The notes under the pieces: generated by a model
The model's input: the letters and a program-made list of their open reading frames with translations, nothing else
Database searches by the model: none
Told to the model about the DNA's origin: nothing
Part shown: positions 45,688-52,665 of the stretch, piece after piece
Layout: every line of letters starts with the position of its first letter
Numbering within the stretch: position 1 is the first letter of the stretch
Position numbers and translations under genes: made by a program
From: an uncultured Brevundimonas sp.
GTDB taxonomy: Bacteria; Pseudomonadota; Alphaproteobacteria; Caulobacterales; Caulobacteraceae
Assembly: GCA_964527675.1 (NCBI GenBank)
Contig: CAZGPS010000001.1
Span: 1-52,665, forward strand
DNA: 52,665 bases
Reading direction: 5' to 3'

Positions 45688-46806
45688 TCAAGCCGTGGGT
45701 GTTGGCCGTGCACCTTCAAAGCGGCGTCGGATCCAGATCCGGCCTGGCCTCTCGACCAGCAGGTGGAGGGCGACCGAGATCAGCACCGTGGCGATGAAGA
45801 GAATGCTTAGTTCGAGCGGAGTGACCCTGAAGGCGCTGTCGATCCCGCGCAGTTCGGCGACGACGCCCTTCCAGGCCACGATGACCGGCATGTGCACCAG
45901 GTAAAGCGCGAACGAAACTTCGCCCGCAAATACGAGCGGTGGCGATGCCAGCAAGCCCTCGCTTTGAGACTTGCCGAGCATGGACCAGCAAAGAACGACG
46001 GGCCCGGTCAGGGCGACGATGAGCCGGTCGTCGAGCGACATCTGCATGCCGGCCAAGAGCAGCGCTGTCGTGCCGATCGCGGAGGAAACGGCGACCGCAG
46101 GGCGCCAGTAGACCCCCTGTCCCAGGCCATACAGCGCCATACCGATGAGAAACGCGGGGGCGATGCGCAGGATTCCCATATTGTCTTCAGCCTGGGGCAG
46201 GACCTTGCCAAAGACAGCGCCGTACATGGCGTCGATCAGCACATAGCCGACCACGCCGAGGAGCAGTAAAACCCACGGGCGCCGACGCAGCTTTAGCGCC
46301 GCCCACGCGTAGGCGGGGAACAGAAGATACGCGAACCATTCCGCCGAAAGCGACCAACTGGGGCCGCTCCAGTTGAAGCCTAGCTCCGTGGGGAACCACG
46401 CCTGGACCAGGAACAACGTCTTGAAGAAACCCTCCGTGGTGTAGGTGGAAGGATCGTACCGCACGCCTGCAGCCGTAGCGCCGATCACCATGATGGTAAC
46501 GCCGAGCAGAACAGCCAGATGAAGCGGGTACAGACGGGCCAATCGCGCGACGATGAACTTTCGGTAGCTGAACGTCCCTGCTGCGACGGCTGGACCATAG
46601 ACGTGAGCCAGGATGAAGCCGGAGAGGATGAAGAAGGCGTCGACGGCCAGGCGACTGCGTTCGATGATCGGGCTGAACCCGAGCGCCGGATCCCATTGGA
46701 GTTGGTAGTGAAACAGGACGACGCCCAGCGCCAGGAACGCCCGCAGGCTTGTGAGCGCGCGAAGGTCGGCGGGATAGCCCTCGCGGGTCGGTGATACGGA
46801 CGTCAT
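45688..46806 (-). CDS. Acyltransferase_3 (OafA/YrhL-like)
   Basis: LTSLR, VDAFFILSGFIL, RLARLYPLH, WSLSAEWFAY, GEVSFALYLVH. Confidence 0.85.
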   Translation of the reverse strand: MTSVSPTREGYPADLRALTSLRAFLALGVVLFHYQLQWDPALGFSPIIERSRLAVDAFFILSGFILAHVYGPAVAAGTFSYRKFIVARLARLYPLHLAVLLGVTIMVIGATAAGVRYDPSTYTTEGFFKTLFLVQAWFPTELGFNWSGPSWSLSAEWFAYLLFPAYAWAALKLRRRPWVLLLLGVVGYVLIDAMYGAVFGKVLPQAEDNMGILRIAPAFLIGMALYGLGQGVYWRPAVAVSSAIGTTALLLAGMQMSLDDRLIVALTGPVVLCWSMLGKSQSEGLLASPPLVFAGEVSFALYLVHMPVIVAWKGVVAELRGIDSAFRVTPLELSILFIATVLISVALHLLVERPGRIWIRRRFEGARPTPTA

Positions 46807-46991
46807 GCGCAATGCCCCTCGAGCGCCACGACAGATGGCGCACCCCAAAAGGGTCTACGCGGCGGAAACGCCAATCCCTCTCCGCTCGCCAACCCGGGTG
46901 CGCGTTCGGGAATATCGAGCGTCGGGAAGGGGCGGTCGCCCTGCCTCAGGGGCCTGGCCCGTCTCATGCGAGTTGCCGCCGTTTTGCACCA

Positions 46992-47267
46992 TTAGCGCGA
47001 CGGATGGCCGAGGAGCGCGATCAGTTCAGACGCCTTTGCCTGCCGTTCGGCGAGATCATCTCCCGTCATGGCGCCCATGACGCAATGGTCGAGATGATCC
47101 TTAAGGACCTCGCTCTCCACCCGCAGAAGGGCCGCGCGGGCCGCGCGAAGCTGGGTGAGGACATCGACGCAGTAGCGGTCCTCCTCGACCATGCGGGCTA
47201 TGCCGCGCACCTGGCCTTCGATGCGGTTCAGCCGGTTCAACACCTTGGGCTTCGTCTCGGCCTGCAT
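46992..47267 (-). CDS. csoR: CsoR copper-sensing repressor
   Basis: RLNRIEGQVRGI, YCVDVL, HLDHC (Cys-His-Cys ligand set); divergent from the Cu ATPase. Confidence 0.88.
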   Translation of the reverse strand: MQAETKPKVLNRLNRIEGQVRGIARMVEEDRYCVDVLTQLRAARAALLRVESEVLKDHLDHCVMGAMTGDDLAERQAKASELIALLGHPSR

Positions 47268-47316
47268 CCAATTCCTCGCGCTGATCGTTCGCTCATACTC
47301 CATCAGACTCCTTGAT

Positions 47317-47337
47317 ATATACCCCTCAGGGGTATAT
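47317..47337. promoter_or_regulatory. CsoR operator
   Basis: Perfect palindrome ATATACCCCT-C-AGGGGTATAT between csoR and the ATPase; matches the ATACC..GGTAT C/G-tract CsoR site. Confidence 0.85.
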
Positions 47338-47366
47338 TTCCTGGATTGAGCTTAGGAGCGGCCTCC

Positions 47367-49712
47367 ATGTCCATGTCCCCCCCTGACAGCCATGGCTGTT
47401 GTTCAGGCCATGCCGGCGACGGTGGAAAGACGGCCATTGATCCTGTGTGCGGCATGAGCGTCGATCCCTCCACCGCGATGCGCCGGGCGACACATAGGGG
47501 GCAGGACTTCGTATTCTGTTCGGCAGGGTGTCGGAGCCGGTTCATCGCTGACCCGGATAAGTATCTCGGCGAAGGGCCGAAGCCTGAGCCGGTGAAACCC
47601 GGCGCGATTTACACCTGCCCCATGCACCCTGAGGTGCGGCAGGAAGGGCCCGGTTCGTGCCCCATCTGCGGCATGGCGCTGGAACCGGAAACGGTGACGG
47701 CCGAGGCCCCGGTCAATCACGAGTTGATCGACTTCACACGCCGGTTCTGGGTGGGCCTCGTGCTGACCGCGCCAGTGTTCGCGCTGGAAATGGGGGGGCA
47801 TCTGACGGGACTGGCCATGCGGATTCCAGGCCAGACCTCGAACTGGATTCAGTTTGCACTGGCGACGCCCGTCGTGCTTTGGGCGGGGTGGCCGTTCTTC
47901 CAGAAGGGCTGGGCTTCGCTGCGCAACCGAAGCCTCAATATGTTCAGCCTGATCGCCATCGGTGTCGGCGCCGCCTGGATCTACAGCGTTGTCGCCGTTC
48001 TGCTCCCGGAATTCTTTCCGACCGCAGTGCGGCGGACGGACGGCAGCGCGCCGGTCTATTTCGAAGCGGCGGCGATCATCACCGTCCTGGTTCTTGTCGG
48101 TCAAATTCTCGAGTTGCGCGCGCGGGAGCAGACCTCAGGCGCGATCCGGGCGCTCCTCGATCTCACGCCAAAGACCGCTCGACGCGTGCGGGAGGATGGC
48201 GGCGACGAGGACATCACCCTGGATCGGGTCGTCATTGGCGACCGTTTGCGGGTTCGCCCGGGCGAGCAAATTCCGGTGGACGGCGAGGTGCTCGAAGGTC
48301 GGGTGTCGATCGACGAATCCATGGTCACGGGCGAGTCGATGCCTGTCACCAAGGAGCCGGGATCCAGCGTCGTCGGCGGTTCGCTGAACAAGACCGGCTC
48401 CTTTGTCATGCGCGCTGACAGGATCGGGGCCGACACTCTGTTGTCTCGAATCGTCCAGATGGTGGCCCAGGCCCAGCGCAGTCGGGCGCCGATCCAGCGG
48501 CTCGCTGACAAGGTGTCGGGCTGGTTCGTGCCAGCGGTCATAGCCATCGCGGTCGTCTCGGCGGTGGTGTGGGGCTTGGCCGGACCTGAGCCGCGGCTCT
48601 CCTACGCCTTGGTGGCTGCGGTTTCGGTGCTGATCATCGCCTGTCCCTGCGCGCTCGGCCTGGCGACCCCGATCTCGATCATGGTTGGAGTGGGACGGGG
48701 CGCCCACGCAGGCGTGCTGATCAAGAACGCCGAAGCGCTCGAACGCCTGGAGAAAATCAACACCCTCGTGCTCGACAAAACCGGCACCCTGACCGAGGGG
48801 CGGCCGTCGGTAACCGCCATTCGGCCCGCTGCAGGGTTCGACGAGACCGAGCTTCTGAGGCTGTCCGCCAGTCTCGAGCGCAGCAGCGAACATCCCCTGG
48901 CGGACGCGATCGTCCGCGCAGCGTCCGACCGCGGACTTGTTCTTTCGGAAGCCGGCGAATTCGACAGTCCCGTGGGGCGCGGGGTCACAGGCGTCGTCGA
49001 TGGCCGGCGCATGGCCCTGGGCAACGCCCGCTATCTCGGTGAGATTGGCGTGGTTGTCTCCGCGCTGGAGGCCGAGGCGGAGGCGTTGCGCACCGGGGGT
49101 GCGACGGCCATCTTCGTCGCGGTGGACGGCCGGTGCGCCGGAGTCCTTGGTATCGCGGACCCGATTAAAACGACGACGCCGGAGGCGGTTCGCGCGCTGA
49201 AAGCCGCAGGCCTGCGGCTCGTGATGATGACTGGCGACAATCGGACGACTGCGGAGGCCGTCGCCCGAACACTGGGCATTGACGACGTTCAGGCCGAGGT
49301 CCTGCCTCAGGACAAGGCGGCTGTGGTCGAGCGGCTTCGGGCCGAGGGGCGAGTGGTGGCCATGGCGGGCGACGGGGTCAATGACGCACCAGCGCTCGCC
49401 GCCGCAGACGTAGGCGTCGCCATGGGCGCGGGTTCCGACGTGGCCATTGAGAGCGCGGGCGTGACGCTGTTAGGAGGAGATCTCCAGGGCATTGTGCGGG
49501 CCCGTCGATTGTCCACCGCAGTCATGGGCAACATTCGTCAGAACTTGGTCTTCGCGTTCGGCTATAACGCGCTCGGCATTCCGGTCGCTGCGGGCCTGCT
49601 CTACCCCTTCTTCGGCATCCTGCTGTCGCCGGCGCTGGCGGCTCTGGCCATGGCCCTGTCCTCGGTCAGCGTAATCGCCAACGCGCTGCGCCTGCGAGCG
49701 GTTAAACTTTGA
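47367..49712 (+). CDS. Cu(I)/Ag(I) P1B-1 ATPase with YHS and heavy-metal-binding domains
   Basis: DPVCGM, FCSAGC, YTCPMHP..CPICGM, CPC, DKTGT, YN, MALSS. Confidence 0.93.
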   Translation: MSMSPPDSHGCCSGHAGDGGKTAIDPVCGMSVDPSTAMRRATHRGQDFVFCSAGCRSRFIADPDKYLGEGPKPEPVKPGAIYTCPMHPEVRQEGPGSCPICGMALEPETVTAEAPVNHELIDFTRRFWVGLVLTAPVFALEMGGHLTGLAMRIPGQTSNWIQFALATPVVLWAGWPFFQKGWASLRNRSLNMFSLIAIGVGAAWIYSVVAVLLPEFFPTAVRRTDGSAPVYFEAAAIITVLVLVGQILELRAREQTSGAIRALLDLTPKTARRVREDGGDEDITLDRVVIGDRLRVRPGEQIPVDGEVLEGRVSIDESMVTGESMPVTKEPGSSVVGGSLNKTGSFVMRADRIGADTLLSRIVQMVAQAQRSRAPIQRLADKVSGWFVPAVIAIAVVSAVVWGLAGPEPRLSYALVAAVSVLIIACPCALGLATPISIMVGVGRGAHAGVLIKNAEALERLEKINTLVLDKTGTLTEGRPSVTAIRPAAGFDETELLRLSASLERSSEHPLADAIVRAASDRGLVLSEAGEFDSPVGRGVTGVVDGRRMALGNARYLGEIGVVVSALEAEAEALRTGGATAIFVAVDGRCAGVLGIADPIKTTTPEAVRALKAAGLRLVMMTGDNRTTAEAVARTLGIDDVQAEVLPQDKAAVVERLRAEGRVVAMAGDGVNDAPALAAADVGVAMGAGSDVAIESAGVTLLGGDLQGIVRARRLSTAVMGNIRQNLVFAFGYNALGIPVAAGLLYPFFGILLSPALAALAMALSSVSVIANALRLRAVKL

Positions 49713-49904
49713 CGCAAAGGCAGTCGAGACTCCATTACGCATCCGTGAGCGCCTGCCCTCCCCATAAGCGAGGAGCGCCGCCTTTATTTAAACAAGGCGG
49801 AACCGTGGCGCGAGACCCGGATTAGGGGGTCACGACGACGCACGACCTCAGGTCGCGAGCTCTAACGCACCTGAGCACCCGATCCCGAGCGAAAGGTACA
49901 GACC

Positions 49905-50384
49905 ATGCATGATAATCACAATGCTCACGACATGAAGGCGATGAAGGGAAGCTATCGATCATTGGCGATCGAGCTGATCCTGGATTTCATCATCATGTAT
50001 CTTGTGATGTACACGATGATCGCGTCCCTTGATCATTTCTACTTCAACCTGAACAACGTCTACATGACGCTGATGATGGTCTCGCCGATGGCGATCTTGA
50101 TGCTGGTCTTCATGCGGTCGATGTATCCGTCGAAACGAACCAACCTGATGATCGGCGGGGCGGCGGCCTTGATTTTCGCCGTCAGCTTTTACGGGATGCG
50201 CACCCAGGCGGCGGTCGGCGACACGGAATTCCTCCGCTCGATGATTCCGCACCATTCCGGCGCCATCCTGATGTGCCGAGAAGCCTCGCTGACCGACCCT
50301 GAAGTGCTCGCCCTCTGCGACGAAATCGTCCGCTCTCAAGAGCGCGAGATTGCAGAGATGAAAGCCATCCTGGCGCGGCGTTGA
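49905..50384 (+). CDS. DUF305 membrane protein
   Basis: Met-rich TM segments; FLRSMIPHHSGAILM, SQEREIAEM. Confidence 0.8.
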   Translation: MHDNHNAHDMKAMKGSYRSLAIELILDFIIMYLVMYTMIASLDHFYFNLNNVYMTLMMVSPMAILMLVFMRSMYPSKRTNLMIGGAAALIFAVSFYGMRTQAAVGDTEFLRSMIPHHSGAILMCREASLTDPEVLALCDEIVRSQEREIAEMKAILARR

Positions 50385-50534
50385 CTACGCGTCGGGCCGG
50401 GTCCTCGGGAGAGTTCCGTCGCCTGCGGCATCGTGCGTCAGGGTGTCGCGAGGGCGGACCGCCTGGATTGCGTAGTTCCAAGAGAAGGCTCGCTGTCAGC
50501 GGCGAGACGACTGCATGATAATCAGGAGTGTCCT

Positions 50535-52367
50535 ATGAACCTCGATCGCCGAGGCCTGCTGCGCGGCGCCGTTGCCGGAGGCGGCCTTCTGGGCCTTCAG
50601 GGCCTCTTGCCGGCCTGGGCCCAGACCGGGACGCCGGGCCTGCGGTCGGACCTGCCAACCTTGACCGGCCCAAACATTGATCTGACCATCGGTCAGACAC
50701 CGTTTACGGTGAACGGCCGCACGGGAACGGCCACAACGATAAACGGCGTGCTCCCGGCACCCGTCCTCCGCCTGCGTGAAGGTCAGAACGCGAGGCTGGC
50801 GGTCACGAACCAGCTCGACGAGGACACCTCGATCCACTGGCACGGCATCCTGCTGCCGTTCCAGATGGACGGGGTTCCGGGCATCAGCTTCCCCGGCATT
50901 CGTCCGCGTGAGACGTTCGTCTACGAGTTTCCGATCCGTCAATCGGGCACCTTCTGGTATCACAGCCACTCGGGTTTGCAGGAGGCGCTCGGCCACTACG
51001 GCCCGATCGTCATTGATCCGGCCGGGGCCGATCCCATCGCCTACGACCGCGAGCATGTGCTGGTCCTGTCGGACTGGAGCTTCATGCATCCGCATGAAAT
51101 CCTCGACAAGCTGAAGAAAAGCCCGGGGTATTTCAATCGGCAGCGCACCACCCTGGCCGGCCTCATCGACGGCAGCGACCGGATGAGCCTGGAGGAGCGG
51201 CGCATGTGGGGCGAGATGCGGATGGACCCGCGCGACATCCTCGACGTCAATGGCTCCACCTACACCTATCTGATCAACGGCCACGGGCCGCGGGAAAACT
51301 GGACCGGCCTGTTCCGGCCCGGCGAGCGTGTGCGTCTGCGCATCATCAACGCCTCGGCCATGTCGATCTTCAATGTCCGAATTCCAGGCCTGCCAATGAC
51401 TGTGGTCCAGGCTGACGGCGAAAACGTGCGTCCGGTCGAGACCGACGAGTTCCAGATATCGGTCGCCGAAACCTATGACGTCATCGTCCAGCCGACCGAC
51501 GACCGGGCCTACACGATCGTTTCCGAAGCGATCGACCGCTCGGGCATGGGCCGGGCGACCCTCGCGCCTCGCTTGGGCATGACCGCCGAAGTCCCGCCGC
51601 TGCGCGAGGTTCCAAACCTCACCATGCGCGACATGGGCATGGGGGGAATGGATCACGGCTCGATGGCAGGCATGGATCACGGAGCGATGAGTACGGGCCC
51701 GTCCTCGCCCGCGATGGCTGGGATGGACCATGGCGCCATGGAAGCTCAGCCGGGGGGCGCCATGAGCGGCATGGCGCAAGGTTCCATGGCGGGCATGGCC
51801 GGTATGAACATGCGAGATCCCGAAAACGCTCCGCCGGACATGAAGGTGGGCGTCGGAGTCGACGCCGTGGCCATGGCGCCCGCCAATCGTCTGGGCGAGC
51901 GGCCGACGGGACTGGGCGATGTCCCCCATCGGGTGCTGGTCTATACGGATCTGGTGTCCCTGCAGCCCAACAAGGATCAGCGGCCGCCCTCGCGGACGAT
52001 GGAAATCCACCTGACCGGAAATATGGAGCGGTTCATGTGGAGCTTCGACGGCAAGAAGTTCAGCGACGGCGTGGAGCCGTTCCGGTTCGAGCTCAACGAA
52101 CGGGTGCGGGTGACCCTGGTCAATGACAGCATGATGGCTCACCCGATCCATCTGCACGGCCACTTCTTCGAGCTGGTCACAGGGGGGCCGGCGGGCCACC
52201 AGCCGCTCAAGCACACCGTCAACGTCCTCCCGGGCGGCAAGGTCAGTTTCGATCTCACGGCCGACAATCCAGGTGACTGGGCCTTCCACTGCCACATGCT
52301 GATGCACATGCACGCCGGCATGTTCAACGTCGTCACTGTGCGTCCGATGGAAGGAGCCTCGTCATGA
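50535..52367 (+). CDS. copA: CopA-family periplasmic multicopper oxidase
   Basis: Tat signal RRGLL; HWHG, WYHSH, HPIHLHG, HCHMLMH; Met-rich MDHG repeats. Confidence 0.94.
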   Translation: MNLDRRGLLRGAVAGGGLLGLQGLLPAWAQTGTPGLRSDLPTLTGPNIDLTIGQTPFTVNGRTGTATTINGVLPAPVLRLREGQNARLAVTNQLDEDTSIHWHGILLPFQMDGVPGISFPGIRPRETFVYEFPIRQSGTFWYHSHSGLQEALGHYGPIVIDPAGADPIAYDREHVLVLSDWSFMHPHEILDKLKKSPGYFNRQRTTLAGLIDGSDRMSLEERRMWGEMRMDPRDILDVNGSTYTYLINGHGPRENWTGLFRPGERVRLRIINASAMSIFNVRIPGLPMTVVQADGENVRPVETDEFQISVAETYDVIVQPTDDRAYTIVSEAIDRSGMGRATLAPRLGMTAEVPPLREVPNLTMRDMGMGGMDHGSMAGMDHGAMSTGPSSPAMAGMDHGAMEAQPGGAMSGMAQGSMAGMAGMNMRDPENAPPDMKVGVGVDAVAMAPANRLGERPTGLGDVPHRVLVYTDLVSLQPNKDQRPPSRTMEIHLTGNMERFMWSFDGKKFSDGVEPFRFELNERVRVTLVNDSMMAHPIHLHGHFFELVTGGPAGHQPLKHTVNVLPGGKVSFDLTADNPGDWAFHCHMLMHMHAGMFNVVTVRPMEGASS

Positions 52368-52665
52368 TCCGCCAGTCTGTCGGTCTCATCCCCCTGCTTC
52401 TCGCGGCCTCGGCGAGTCCGGTGTTCGCGCAAAGCCACGCCGGGCACGTCCCTGCGCCGGGCGCTGCGCAACCCGCCGCCCAGCTGCCCTCCGGATGCGT
52501 CCGGCGGGGCGCGCCGACGGCTGATCCGGCCCGGGCGGGTATGCCGGGGGCGCCGGTCTGCCCCGTGGGGGCTGTGCCCGAGCGGGTTCCGGCAGCGGCC
52601 GCAGCGGATCCTCACGCGGGTCACGACATGTCGACCACGGGTCGGACCGCACCCGCTCCGGCGGT
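52364..52665 (+). CDS. copB: Probable CopB N-terminus (runs off the window)
   Basis: ATGA overlap with copA; signal peptide, SHAGH and DPHAGHDM motifs; open to the window end. Confidence 0.65.
   Translation, partial: MIRQSVGLIPLLLAASASPVFAQSHAGHVPAPGAAQPAAQLPSGCVRRGAPTADPARAGMPGAPVCPVGAVPERVPAAAAADPHAGHDMSTTGRTAPAPA

Noticed and set aside
51623..51812. Repeated ATGGATCACGG-like units, considered as a possible repeat array
   Set aside because: These encode the Met/His-rich MDHG linker typical of CopA oxidases; not CRISPR or a DNA-level element.
1..52665. Integrase, transposase, rep gene, tRNA/att site or CRISPR array
   Set aside because: None recognised by eye; element type and boundaries cannot be fixed from this window.

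Overview
High-GC alphaproteobacterial DNA, resembling Caulobacteraceae/Brevundimonas in gene content. The centre is a conjugative-element backbone. No integrase or replicase is visible, so ICE versus plasmid is unresolved. The backbone has a leading region (ParB-like, DUF736, ardC, two LexA-box loci), an RP4/T-border-like oriT nick site, mobC and a VirD2-type relaxase, an orphan AbiEi-like antitoxin, hipBA, virD4 and a complete virB1-B11 operon. Directly beside it, head-to-head, is an isopeptidase-type lasso-peptide cluster: GntR, three tandem precursors, fused B, cyclase C, isopeptidase, signalling-type TonB receptor, FecR and an ECF sigma factor. Heavy-metal cargo flanks both sides. On the left are a CzcA-type RND pump, a CDF, a P1B-4 ATPase, DUF305, a Zur-like regulator and DUF411. 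On the right are csoR with its operator, a Cu P1B-1 ATPase, DUF305, copA and the start of copB. Most notable: (1) the lasso/cell-surface-signalling module adjoining the T4SS regulators, possibly a peptide pheromone for conjugation; (2) a CutF-like leader ORF whose stop codon base-pairs with the RBS of an unannotated 48-aa six-cysteine secreted peptide; (3) a 5'-truncated Pycsar-like cyclase coupled to an unknown, non-canonical partner at a deletion scar. All family calls come from motif recognition by eye; no database searches were run.
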